A DNA stretch of 64,000 nt from an uncultured delta proteobacterium. Its GTDB lineage: Bacteria > Myxococcota_A > Polyangia > Fen-1088. Location of the stretch: the NCBI GenBank assembly GCA_963758155.1, contig CAVWUP010000019.1, positions 6,720 to 70,719 on the forward strand. The letters run 5' to 3'. Both the position numbers and the translations under genes were made by a program. Below the pieces are notes generated by a model, which saw only the letters and a program-made list of their open reading frames with translations, searched no databases and was not told the DNA's origin. Shown one piece after another: positions 7,915 through 17,240 of the stretch (position 1 is its first letter; the number at the start of each line of letters is the position of its first letter).

Positions 7915-10900
7915 TCAGCGCCGTCTTCGAATCCTGCGCAAGAAGACAGCCACCCCGGCAAGGAAGAAGAGCTTTGCCGGACCAAAGCCGGGAGTTGCTG
8001 CGTTTCCCAATGCACAAGTGCAACCCGCACGGCTTAGGTGTCCGGTGTTGCTCTGGGAACCGGAATTGGTTGCTTCGCCGCTTGCGCCACCAGATGAGCC
8101 AGAAGCTCCGCCGTAGCCGGTCGCTCCGGCGTAACCACTGACGCCGCCGTAGCCGGTCACTCCGGCGTAACCACTGACGCCGCCGTAGCCGGTCGCACCC
8201 GCGTAACCAGTGACACCGCCGGAACCGGTCGCGCCGCCGTAGCCAGTGACGCCGCCGTAGCCAGTGACGCCACCGTAGCCAGTGACGCCGCCGGAGCCGG
8301 TGATTCCGCCGGAGCCGGTCGTTCCTCCGCGAGCTGTGGTTCCGCCGTAGCTGGTCGATCCGCCGCGGCTGGTGGTTCCGCCGAAGCCGCCGTAACCGGT
8401 CGATCCGCCATAGCCGCCATAGCCGGTCGATCCGCTATAGCCGCTGTAGCCGCCGTAGCCGGTCGATCCGCCGTAGCCGTAGCACGACGGATCCGACATG
8501 TCACACGAGCCCGCGCCGTCGCAGAGTAGGCAGGAACCACAGCTCGTTCCCTGCGCTGGGAACGCGCAGGCCCCGACCCCGTCACAAGTGGACTTGCAGG
8601 CTCCAGAGCCCTTGCCGCATTCCTTCTCCGGGTCGCTCCCGACTGCGTAGGGGCTGCATTTTCCGGCAAGCCCGGCCTGGTTGCAGGACACACATGTGCC
8701 ATTGCAGGCACTGTTGCAACACACGCCATCCACGCAGAAGCCCGAGGCGCATGCACTGGCACTGCTACACGCTTGACCATTGTTGGTCTTGCAATTCCCG
8801 GTAGCGTCACAGGCTTGTCCGCTCGAACAACTGCCGGCAACCTCTGTTCCGGCCTGGGCGAGAACGCAGCTGCCTTCTTGGCCGCTTACGTTGCATGACT
8901 TGCAGGGACCCGCGCAGGAAGCGCTCTCGCAGCACACGCCATCGACACAGTTGCCGGATGCGCAGGACGAGGCGGTGCTGGCGGAGCAACCCTCGCCATT
9001 GCCCAGGCCGGTCACGCTGTATTCCCAGGTTTCGTCCAGCGGGGTGCCGTTGGCATTGCCGCCGAAGAGAACCACCACCGCGCGCGCGGAGTCGAAGGCC
9101 ATGGCAATACCGTAGCCCGCAGAGGGCGAGTCGACGATCGAACGCACGTACCAGGTCGGGCCCTTGGCGTCGAGCTCCCAGGTCTCGTGGTTACCCGTGG
9201 TCTGGCTCCAGACATCGCCAAAGATGACTTCGCGCCGTCGTGTGGAATCGTAGGCAGCACAGTAGGGCGTGCCGTAGTCGAGATAGTCGCTGGTGGTGTG
9301 CATGGCCCATCCCGCCGAGACTGGATCCCACTCCCAGAAGGTGCTGTTGCTGCTACCGCCATAGTAGCCGAACGTGGAGGTCTCCTCGACGAAGAGCTTC
9401 TGGCGAGCCGAATCGTAGGCAAGGATGGGATACTGACGAGGACTCGGCGCGCTTGCGCCGACAACCAACGTGCGCTTGGTCCAGGTCATCTTGCTGCCGT
9501 CCCACTCCCAGACATCGTTGCGCATCGGATCCTGGTAGCCACTCGGCATATTCGGATCCGGCGGGAGTATATAGTCGCTGTAGTTGCTCATCCCGGCGAA
9601 GAGGAGGATCTTGTTGCGGGTGGTGTCTGTGACCATGCCATGTGAATAGAGCGGGTCGGGGCTGGAATTCGGATAAAGCTGCGTCCACTGTCGCGTGGTG
9701 CTGCTCCACTCCCAGGTATCGCCCAGGGCTGTTTGATAATACATACCCCCCATTGAATAGCTTTGGCCCCCGTAGAGAATCAGGGATTTCCTGACTGGAT
9801 CGTAGGCCAGTCCCGCGTCGGAGCGGGCGGAAGGACTCACACTGGTGACAACCTCGGTCCAAGTCGTGCCATCCCACTCCCACAGATCGTCGAAAGCATT
9901 TTGCATCGAATCTATCCCGCCGAAGACGTAGGTCTTCCCTGTGGACGGGTTGTATGCCAAAGCGTGATTTGAACGGGGCAGCGGCGTATTGGATGGGGCT
10001 GAGCGATCCTGGCAGGCGTACGTTGCCGTATCGATCTCCCAAACTTCTCTGGTGCCCTGCCAGCCATAGGGCGAGGGCATGCCAGGCGGGCTCACGGGTA
10101 TGGGTACGCCACCCATGCCTCCCATCCCGTAATACCCATTGGATGTCGTAGCGCCGGCTATCAGTTCAAGCCGCGCCTTCGTGTCGTCCGAGACCAGGGA
10201 GGCATACATGCGCGCCGACGGAGTGTTGGTTTCGGTCCCGGTCCAGCGCGAAGTCCACGCGCCACTGACCGGATCCCACTCCCACAAATCGTTCAGGCTG
10301 CCTCCGCTCACGATGTCCCAACCGCCGAAGACAATGGCCTTCTTGATAGCCCCGGCGAAAGCCATCGCGTGGGCGTAGCGAGGGGATGGTTTGGCCCCTT
10401 GGGTGGTTCGCTCGGTCCAGATGCCAGCCGTGGGATCCCACTCCCATGTGTCCTGCATGGGAGTTCCGTCGACTCCCACTGTGTCCTTCTGCATGCCGCC
10501 GAAAAGCACGGCCTTGTTGCGCGAGGAATCCCAGACCAATCCCAGATCATGTCGAACCCCTGGACTGGCGGTTGGTTGCAGCTGGCTCCAGCTTTGCGTC
10601 CCCGTATCCCACTCCCATGTGTCGCCGTACGAAACCGTGATGCCCGTCCCATCGTAAGAGGTGGAGTCGCTGCGTCCGCCTCCGAAGAGCAAGATCTTCC
10701 CGGTTGATTTCTCGTAGACCATGGCGTGCTGGCTGCGTCCGCTGGGGCGGCTGCCTGACGTGGTCAGGTCCGTCCAGGTTCCGCTCGTTGGATCCCACTG
10801 CCAGGTGTCTTGGTAGTTGAATCCGCTGCCCGCACGGCCGCCAAAGAGGACGATTTTGTTGTGCTGAGAATCGAACGCCATGGCCGCACCGGAGCGCGCC

Positions 10901-11232
10901 GCTGGCGCCGTTCCGGTTGCCGTGCGATTGGTCCATTCGCCCGTTGTGAGACTCCACTCCCAGGTCTCCTGGCTGGCGGAGAGACTGTTGGTGGAAGTGG
11001 CCGTGGTCAGCCCTCCGAACATCACGGCTACCCTGCGGGTCTCGTCAAAGGCCACGGCCTGCAAATAGCGGCCGTCGGGCAGGGTGCTGCCTCCGACCTT
11101 TCGCCAGGTGGCCACTTCGCTTGAGGGAGTCTTGCCCAGTGCTTGAGTTGAGGATTCGACGTTCGCCGTTTCAGTTTCGTTGCACGTAGTGAGCAAGAAC
11201 AGAGCGGCGATGGCGCTATTGCGCAGCTTCAT
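7915..11232 (-). CDS. Kelch-repeat beta-propeller surface protein with myxobacterial Cys-rich repeats, a Gly/Tyr-rich low-complexity region and a MYXO-CTERM sorting signal
   Basis: RBS AAGGAGG sits 6 nt before ATG 11232. The signal peptide is MKLRNSAIAALFLLTTC. There are at least 10 Kelch-like units with the pattern (L/V)FGG...TWEWD. Cys-rich units of the form CxSGxCVDGVCC follow, then GYGG/TGYGG repeats. The C-terminus is GCTCALG...LFFLAGVAVFLRRIRRRR (Cys + TM + Arg tail). Confidence 0.8.
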   Translation of the reverse strand: MKLRNSAIAALFLLTTCNETETANVESSTQALGKTPSSEVATWRKVGGSTLPDGRYLQAVAFDETRRVAVMFGGLTTATSTNSLSASQETWEWSLTTGEWTNRTATGTAPAARSGAAMAFDSQHNKIVLFGGRAGSGFNYQDTWQWDPTSGTWTDLTTSGSRPSGRSQHAMVYEKSTGKILLFGGGRSDSTSYDGTGITVSYGDTWEWDTGTQSWSQLQPTASPGVRHDLGLVWDSSRNKAVLFGGMQKDTVGVDGTPMQDTWEWDPTAGIWTERTTQGAKPSPRYAHAMAFAGAIKKAIVFGGWDIVSGGSLNDLWEWDPVSGAWTSRWTGTETNTPSARMYASLVSDDTKARLELIAGATTSNGYYGMGGMGGVPIPVSPPGMPSPYGWQGTREVWEIDTATYACQDRSAPSNTPLPRSNHALAYNPSTGKTYVFGGIDSMQNAFDDLWEWDGTTWTEVVTSVSPSARSDAGLAYDPVRKSLILYGGQSYSMGGMYYQTALGDTWEWSSTTRQWTQLYPNSSPDPLYSHGMVTDTTRNKILLFAGMSNYSDYILPPDPNMPSGYQDPMRNDVWEWDGSKMTWTKRTLVVGASAPSPRQYPILAYDSARQKLFVEETSTFGYYGGSSNSTFWEWDPVSAGWAMHTTSDYLDYGTPYCAAYDSTRRREVIFGDVWSQTTGNHETWELDAKGPTWYVRSIVDSPSAGYGIAMAFDSARAVVVLFGGNANGTPLDETWEYSVTGLGNGEGCSASTASSCASGNCVDGVCCESASCAGPCKSCNVSGQEGSCVLAQAGTEVAGSCSSGQACDATGNCKTNNGQACSSASACASGFCVDGVCCNSACNGTCVSCNQAGLAGKCSPYAVGSDPEKECGKGSGACKSTCDGVGACAFPAQGTSCGSCLLCDGAGSCDMSDPSCYGYGGSTGYGGYSGYSGSTGYGGYGGSTGYGGFGGTTSRGGSTSYGGTTARGGTTGSGGITGSGGVTGYGGVTGYGGVTGYGGATGSGGVTGYAGATGYGGVSGYAGVTGYGGVSGYAGATGYGGASGSSGGASGEATNSGSQSNTGHLSRAGCTCALGNAATPGFGPAKLFFLAGVAVFLRRIRRRR
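8108..8330 (-). repeat. degenerate 36-bp (and 18-bp) tandem repeats encoding the (V/A)TGYGG array of the Kelch/MYXO-CTERM protein
   Basis: 8108-8143 and 8144-8179 differ at one base. Further diverged copies follow. Confidence 0.6.
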
Positions 11233-11404
11233 GGCTGGCCTCCTTGAGGAAAGGGATCGTTGCGGAGGAAACCTTGACACGACCGGGCAAATTCGGAACA
11301 TTCTTCTAGTGACTTGGGGACGTCTTTCTAGTCACAAGATCGACTAACAGATGCGTAATTTTCGGGAAGGCGTGTCCACACTGATCTGAAACCCGTCCCA
11401 GGCA

Positions 11405-11420
11405 CGCAAGGCCCGTGCCA
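11405..11420 (-). promoter_or_regulatory. sigma54-type -24/-12 promoter element upstream of the Kelch/MYXO-CTERM gene
   Basis: The minus strand reads TGGCAC-GGGCC-TTGC, a perfect GG-N10-GC match to TGGCAC-N5-TTGCW. It lies in the AT-richer 313-bp gap, ~170 nt upstream of ATG 11232. Confidence 0.35.
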
Positions 11421-11545
11421 TGCCCGGGAGACGCCAACTGTCCAGAATCTGGGACGCTTGCCATGGATAACTACGAGTGGCCGGACACCAATGTCGCGAT
11501 TATGTCGGCCCGCCAGCCAAGGCAGAGGCGCGCAGCACTTGCCGG

Positions 11546-13894
11546 CTACTCGACCACAAGCGCATTGAACGCGACTACAAGCTGGCGATAGGCTGCCGAC
11601 GCCGCGTCGCCGTCTTGTCTCTTGCCGGTTTGGCCGCGCGCGAGAGTGACGACGTCTTTGGCGGCCTTCATGAACTCGTCGGCGGCCGAGACTTGCGCCA
11701 TCTTCGTCGGGGAATGTTGGGTGAAGTTCAGGAGGGCTTGGTGGTATTCGTCGAGCTGGGCCCGCCGATCTGTCGCACCTCGTGCCAGGGCCGGTGGAGC
11801 CTTGCCTTGGCGCAACCAGGCCTGCGCCGCTAGGGCCACCCGACGCATGTGCCAGGCGGCTGTCTGTCCTTCGTCGGTTTCTTGGCGCGACAGCTCTTCC
11901 ATCTGCCAGGCCGTTCGAACCGCCAGAAACTCTGCGCGAAAAGCCGAGGCCAGCCTGTGGAGTGCGCCAGGCTCACCCCTGGCCGCGCTCTGTAAATACG
12001 CCCCGCCCGCGGCATGAAGCTGAGGCATCTCCGGTCGCAAGCCGGCGGCTTCTTGGAGAAGCTGGATGCACCGTCCGATTTCCGCTCCGCTGGGGCCGGC
12101 GCGATTGGCGTCCTTGCGCGCATCTCCGTCGGTGTATCCGACCAGAGCCAGGCACCGGGCGTAGCGGTCGAGCTTGGCGAAAGCGCGAGCGATCTCCTCA
12201 CTGGAAGCTGGATTATTGGGATAGCTCGTCGCCAATTCAGCGCGCGATGGTTCGGGATCCGTTGCTGAAGGAAGGGGGAGAACGCGGCCGAGGTGAACGG
12301 AAAGTTCGAGGCCGGGCTTGGCCTGGAAGGAGAAACTGCGCGTGATTCGCCCCGGCGCCGCGACGTGGAGCACGTGGGACGTGCCTTCGTCGAGAAGCAA
12401 GTCGTCTCTGGTCACGGGAAGGTGGTCGGCGTGCACGGTTGCTTCGCTGGGCTCGACCGCAAGAACGACCTGGCATTGCGTGCGATGCTCGGTCAGCGCA
12501 TTTACTCGGCGGGTGGTGCGAAAATGGCGATAGGCGAAGAGGGCCACCATGAGCAACGCGAGCAGGCCGAGGGCTTTCCCCATGCGCGAGAGGTTGCGCG
12601 GGGAGAGAATGCCATCATGCGCCTCCGCCTTACGGGCGGCGTCGGATCTTGGCCACGATCGCCCGAACCGATCGATCGGCTCGGCGGCCGGCGGGCGCGG
12701 CGCACGACCCCGATCCTCGGCCAACAGGGGCACGCTGGCCTGGTCGGGCAAGGCTGCAGACCCATCCGCTGCGGCATCGTCCCTCGACGGTCGGATTGCG
12801 AAATAGGCTTGCGTGGACCCGGGTTCCGGCCGCAGCCATATCGAGGGCGGTCCGTCACCCGCTTGGGATTCTGGCGCCAACACCGAGAATCCCCCGAACG
12901 AAGCCGAAACAAGCTCGGGCGAGGGGGTGAGATCGCCGCTTCTCCCTGTCACCGCCTCGCGCATGGCCACCGCCGTCGGGAAGCGCTTCTCCATGTCGCG
13001 GTCGATTGCGCGCACGACGGTCGCTTCCAAGGCGGGTGGAATCTCGGGCCGCAGGTGGCGCGGCAGGATATACCTGCCATCGAGGATGTGGGTGAAGACC
13101 TGCGCCGGGCTCTCGTCCTCGAACGGAGTGCGACCGCACAACATCTCGTACAGGACCACCCCCGTCGAGTAGATGTCGGTGCGATGGTCGATGACTGCGA
13201 CTTGCCCCAGCACCTGCTCGGGGGACATGTACAGCGGGGTTCCCATCACCGTTCCCACGACCGTCCCGCTGCCTTTGCTGACGGCGCCCTGTCCGGGCGC
13301 CGAGCGGACCAGCATCTTCGAAATGCCAAAGTCGACAATTTTGACGAAATTGGGCCTGTCTTCGGTGTTGAGGATGAAGATGTTGTCCGGCTTGAGATCG
13401 CGATGAACGATTCCGTTCTTGTGCGCGGCCGCCAGCCCGCCAAGAACTTGGCCGATCAAATCAATAGCGAGCGGAAGCGGCAAGCAGGGCGTCTTGGCCA
13501 GCAGCGACGCCAACGACTGGCCATCCAGCAGCTCCATCGCCATGAAGAGCAAGCCTTCCGGCGTGCGACCGAGGTCAAAGACATCGACGATGTGAGGATG
13601 ACCGATGGCGCTAGCGGCGATGGCTTCGCGCTCGAAGCGAGCCGCGAGTTGGGGATCCTGGCTGGTCTCGGCCAGCAAGGTCTTCACCGCGACCCGGCGC
13701 CCGAGCGTCACGTGCAACGCCTCGTGGACCACGCCCATGGCGCCACGGCCGATCTCACGAACGATCTGATACTTTCCCTGGAGGATCTGTCCAGGTCGCA
13801 AAGACGCCGGCGGCGGTTTGTCGCCGGACTGGCCCGGTCCCATACAGCCTCCGCTTTCCGAGGAATGATATCGACCGCAACGCGGACAGACCAC
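11546..13894 (-). CDS. Ser/Thr protein kinase, single-pass membrane protein with an extracytoplasmic C-terminal domain
   Basis: Kinase subdomains GRGAMGVV, VAVK, HRDLKPDNIFI, DFGIS and SPEQ are present. A TM segment ALGLLALLMVALFAY follows, then an ~330-aa C-terminal domain. The N-terminus has a CPRCG zinc-ribbon-like start. The GTG start at 13894 is uncertain. Confidence 0.85.
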   Translation of the reverse strand: MVCPRCGRYHSSESGGCMGPGQSGDKPPPASLRPGQILQGKYQIVREIGRGAMGVVHEALHVTLGRRVAVKTLLAETSQDPQLAARFEREAIAASAIGHPHIVDVFDLGRTPEGLLFMAMELLDGQSLASLLAKTPCLPLPLAIDLIGQVLGGLAAAHKNGIVHRDLKPDNIFILNTEDRPNFVKIVDFGISKMLVRSAPGQGAVSKGSGTVVGTVMGTPLYMSPEQVLGQVAVIDHRTDIYSTGVVLYEMLCGRTPFEDESPAQVFTHILDGRYILPRHLRPEIPPALEATVVRAIDRDMEKRFPTAVAMREAVTGRSGDLTPSPELVSASFGGFSVLAPESQAGDGPPSIWLRPEPGSTQAYFAIRPSRDDAAADGSAALPDQASVPLLAEDRGRAPRPPAAEPIDRFGRSWPRSDAARKAEAHDGILSPRNLSRMGKALGLLALLMVALFAYRHFRTTRRVNALTEHRTQCQVVLAVEPSEATVHADHLPVTRDDLLLDEGTSHVLHVAAPGRITRSFSFQAKPGLELSVHLGRVLPLPSATDPEPSRAELATSYPNNPASSEEIARAFAKLDRYARCLALVGYTDGDARKDANRAGPSGAEIGRCIQLLQEAAGLRPEMPQLHAAGGAYLQSAARGEPGALHRLASAFRAEFLAVRTAWQMEELSRQETDEGQTAAWHMRRVALAAQAWLRQGKAPPALARGATDRRAQLDEYHQALLNFTQHSPTKMAQVSAADEFMKAAKDVVTLARGQTGKRQDGDAASAAYRQLVVAFNALVVE

Positions 13895-13948
13895 CCGGTG
13901 AGGATATCATCAAACCCGGCAGTGCCGAGAAAGCCCCCTTGCACACGG

Positions 13949-14112
13949 TTAACACTACTGATTGAAATTTGGACCGAGCCGGCGCGTCGCGAGGAGGCCC
14001 GGCCGCGACGAGCGCCGAGGGAAGATACTCGACGTATCTGACCGAGAAGCGAGAAAGCGGACGGGCCCCGCAGCAGCGACGGCGACGGGAGAATTTCAAT
14101 CAGTAGTGTTAA
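13949..14112. repeat. perfect 21-bp inverted repeat pair (TTAACACTACTGATTGAAATT / AATTTCAATCAGTAGTGTTAA) flanking a 122-bp GC-rich core; MITE-like or structured RNA element
   Basis: Arms at 13949-13969 and 14092-14112 are exact reverse complements. The arms are AT-rich (~30% GC) in a 70% GC genome. The core contains a nested palindrome GATAC-TCGAC-GTATC. It lies between the kinase start and the GH2 start. Confidence 0.6.
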
Positions 14113-14300
14113 GCTCCGGTAGCCTCGTGCGGGCGGTTCCGGAGTGCAGCCATGGGGAACCGCAGGGCATTGCAAGCCTGGTGATGGTACCGGACATTCC
14201 CGGGGTGCAGAGCCGGTCTGCTCCTGAGCAACTTTTGACGCGGGCAAGAATGACCCTTCTTGCCGTGTCGCTGCCCCCTATACCTCACAGGGGGGCCTCC

Positions 14301-17240
14301 ATGACGTGCACACGCGCCTTTTCGATCGTTTTCTTCTCAGCGACGCTCGTCGCTTTCGCTTGTTCATCAAGCTCGCCAAAACCGACCGGCGGTACCGGCG
14401 GTGGGGCGCCGAATTCTGGCGGCTCCGTGGGGAGCAGCGGGACCGAGGCTGGCGGGGCTGGACAGACCGCGCTTGGCTCGGGCGGGAGTGAGTCTGGCGG
14501 TCAAACCGTGACCCCAAGTGCTGGCAGCGTGGCGGGCGGCCAAGCTGGGCAAGCCGGCGGCGGCGTGGCCACCGGCGGCCAGACAGTTCCGGTCACCGGC
14601 GGCAAGACAGTTCCGGCCACGGGCGGTCAAACGAGTCCGGCCACCGGCGGGCAGACGAGTCCGGCTACCGGAGGCAAGACAAGTCCGGCTACCGGCGGTG
14701 CTGTCGCGGGCCAGACCGGCTCGAACCCGCCTGGCACTGGTGGGTTCATCCCATCCACTGCCAGCGGTGGGAGTTACGTTGCTTCGGGCGAAGCCGACTA
14801 CAGCATGGATCCAGGCTGGATGTTCATCAAGCAGGACCAAAGCGGAGCCCAGGCTACAATGGCCAGCGAGACTGGTTGGACTTCGGTCAGCACGCCGCAC
14901 ACCTACAACGACGTCGATTCCTTCCGAGGCCTCATCTCCCACAGCGGTGGCGACCACGGCTTGTACCAAGGAACGACCTGGTACCGCAAGCATTTCAAGG
15001 TTCCTGCCACATTCGCTGGCAACAAGTTCATCGTCGAGTTCGAACGGATCCGGCAAACCGCCACGTTCTATATCAACGGAACACAGGTTGGAACCTACTC
15101 CGACGGTGTCTCAGCGGTCGGCATTGATATCACTGCGAATGTCAAAGCTGACGGGACCACCGACAACGTTCTGGCGGTTCAGGTCGACAACAGCGGCGGC
15201 GGTGAGTACTGGAACGCGAATGCCACCAACCCGGACTTTGGTGGCTTGGTGGGGCATGTCTGGCTGCACGTGCCGGGCAAGATTTATCAAACCTATCCGC
15301 TCTATCAGAACCTGAAAACGACGGGCATTTACATCTACGGAACTGGCTACGCCAATATCACCAACAACACGCCCAAGGGTGACACGGGCGATCTGACCCT
15401 GAATGTGGAAGCCGAGGTGAGCAACGAATCCGGGAGTGCGGCCAGTGCCACATTGGGCGTCAAGGTGATCGATCCCGCCGACGGCTCGACCCTCGCAACA
15501 TTCTCAGGCACTGCCGCCTCGCTGTCCACCACTGCGACAACTGTGCTCAAGGCGACTGGGCCTTTGACCGGCGCCAAGTTGTGGAGCGACCTCTTTCCCA
15601 ATCTTTACAATGTCGTCACCACGCTCACTGTGGGTGGGACAGTGGTCAACTCACGCAGCACGGTCACGGGGTTCCGGCAGACTGCCTTCAAGGGCGGCGC
15701 TGGCACGGGCGGCGTCTATGTCAATGGGCGCTTTGTTTATCTTCTCGGCTTCGCCCAGCGCTCGACCAATGAATGGGCCGGACCGGGCCAGGCCGTGCCG
15801 GACTGGATGCACGACTACACGGCCAATCTGATTAGGGGCGCCAACGCGAACTACATTCGCTGGATGCACGTGACCCCGCAGAAGGTTGACCTTCAGTCTT
15901 TTGACAGATACGGCGTGATTAACATTGTGCCGGCCGCCGATAAGGAGGTGAACAATCCGACGGATGCCCAGTGGCAGGCGAGGATGACTGTCATGCAATG
16001 CGCTATGATCTACGTGAGGAACAATCCGAGCGCTTTCTTCTATGAGGCGGGCAACGGTCCCGTATCCGCTGCCCAGATGCAGCAGTTGCAGACTCTCAGA
16101 AACACTTGGGATCCAAACGGCGGCCGCGGTGTGGGTGACCGCACCCCGAGCGACACTGGTGTGATACCCTATTCCGATTGGTTCGGCACGATGGTCGGCT
16201 CCGGGTATCAGGACGCTTATCGGGACCAAGGGCCTGAGCTTGAAGAAGAAGACTACCGCGACGAAGCGCTGCGTGGCATTTGGGACGACTATTCGCCTCC
16301 ACACGTGGGCGGCTTCATTCCGGGGACTCTCGACACCTACAACGAGACATCGGAAAGCTTCGACACAGGGCAGATCGGCCGGCTCAATACCTGGTTGATA
16401 ACCGATACAATCCGGAACACCTCTGCGGGCAGTTCCAAATACGCGGGCTACGGCTCGATCTACTTTTCGGACGCCGATGCGGACGGGCGCTTGCAGAGCA
16501 GTTGCGTCTGTCGTGTGAGCGGCAAGGTCGACGTCAACCGTATCCCCAAGGAGGCCTACTACTCCTTCCGCGTGGCCGGGAACACCAAACCGGACATTCA
16601 CATCATCGGGCACTGGACCTATCCGGCGGGAACGACGAAGACCATGTACGTGGTGGCCAACAACGTCTCGTCGGTGGACCTGCTGGTCAACGGCAAGTCA
16701 CAAGGAAAGGTGACCAAAGCGACCAACGGCTATCAGTACAGTTGGGCGAACGTCGCCTTCGCCTCGGGCACCATCCAGGCCATAGGGTACGACGCCAGCG
16801 GCACGCAAGTCTGCCAGCATACCTTGACCACCGCTGGGGCGGCCGCCGCCATCAAGCTGACCAGGACAGTGGGGCCCAACGGTCTGCAGGCCAATGGTGC
16901 GGACTTTGTCATGTACGACGTTGAGGTCGTGGATGCGAGCGGAAACCGGGTTCCCACCTACGGGCCCACCACCAAACCAACGGACAACACACCAGTCAAC
17001 GAGCCCAAGATTACTTTCAGCGTGAGTGGTCCCGGAACCTGGCGCGGCGGGGTCAACGAAAGCATGACCAATTCGACCAACAACCTCTATCTGTACACCG
17101 AGGGCGGAATCAATCGCGTCTTCATTCGTTCGCAAATGACAGCCGGAGACATCACACTGACTGCCACCAGCCCCGGCTTGACCCAGGCCACGGACACGGT
17201 GACGTCCAAGACGGTCAACGTCGTGAACGGCCTTCTCTAG
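14301..17240 (+). CDS. glycoside hydrolase family 2 lipoprotein (beta-galactosidase/mannosidase-type) with a Gly/Thr/Pro-rich repeat linker
   Basis: Signal MTCTRAFSIVFFSATLVAFAC with lipobox. The GH2 sugar-binding jelly-roll region is WYRKHFKVPATFAGNKFIVEFERIRQTATFYINGTQVG...VLAVQVDNS, with TIM-barrel-like sequence after it. The ORF upstream extension (13962-14300) is Arg-rich nonsense. Confidence 0.75.
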   Translation: MTCTRAFSIVFFSATLVAFACSSSSPKPTGGTGGGAPNSGGSVGSSGTEAGGAGQTALGSGGSESGGQTVTPSAGSVAGGQAGQAGGGVATGGQTVPVTGGKTVPATGGQTSPATGGQTSPATGGKTSPATGGAVAGQTGSNPPGTGGFIPSTASGGSYVASGEADYSMDPGWMFIKQDQSGAQATMASETGWTSVSTPHTYNDVDSFRGLISHSGGDHGLYQGTTWYRKHFKVPATFAGNKFIVEFERIRQTATFYINGTQVGTYSDGVSAVGIDITANVKADGTTDNVLAVQVDNSGGGEYWNANATNPDFGGLVGHVWLHVPGKIYQTYPLYQNLKTTGIYIYGTGYANITNNTPKGDTGDLTLNVEAEVSNESGSAASATLGVKVIDPADGSTLATFSGTAASLSTTATTVLKATGPLTGAKLWSDLFPNLYNVVTTLTVGGTVVNSRSTVTGFRQTAFKGGAGTGGVYVNGRFVYLLGFAQRSTNEWAGPGQAVPDWMHDYTANLIRGANANYIRWMHVTPQKVDLQSFDRYGVINIVPAADKEVNNPTDAQWQARMTVMQCAMIYVRNNPSAFFYEAGNGPVSAAQMQQLQTLRNTWDPNGGRGVGDRTPSDTGVIPYSDWFGTMVGSGYQDAYRDQGPELEEEDYRDEALRGIWDDYSPPHVGGFIPGTLDTYNETSESFDTGQIGRLNTWLITDTIRNTSAGSSKYAGYGSIYFSDADADGRLQSSCVCRVSGKVDVNRIPKEAYYSFRVAGNTKPDIHIIGHWTYPAGTTKTMYVVANNVSSVDLLVNGKSQGKVTKATNGYQYSWANVAFASGTIQAIGYDASGTQVCQHTLTTAGAAAAIKLTRTVGPNGLQANGADFVMYDVEVVDASGNRVPTYGPTTKPTDNTPVNEPKITFSVSGPGTWRGGVNESMTNSTNNLYLYTEGGINRVFIRSQMTAGDITLTATSPGLTQATDTVTSKTVNVVNGLL

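Noticed and set aside
8100-8520. Possible CRISPR-like or other non-coding repeat array from the periodic GTAACCACTGACGCCGCCGTAGCCGGTC units
   Set aside because: The repeats are in-frame codon repeats (GYGG/TGYGG) inside the Kelch/MYXO-CTERM gene. There are no unique spacers, and the unit length is 18/36 bp.
11330-11360. Direct repeat TTCTAGTGAC...TTCTAGTCAC in the Kelch upstream region as a possible transposon end or operator
   Set aside because: It is only 10 bp with a mismatch and has no partner structure. It is noted as a possible EBP/UAS-type site but is too weak to call.
13962-14300. N-terminal 113-codon extension of the GH2 ORF (MKFGPSRRVARRPGRDERR...)
   Set aside because: The sequence is Arg-rich and non-protein-like. 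It spans the inverted-repeat element. A proper lipoprotein signal peptide starts at ATG 14301.
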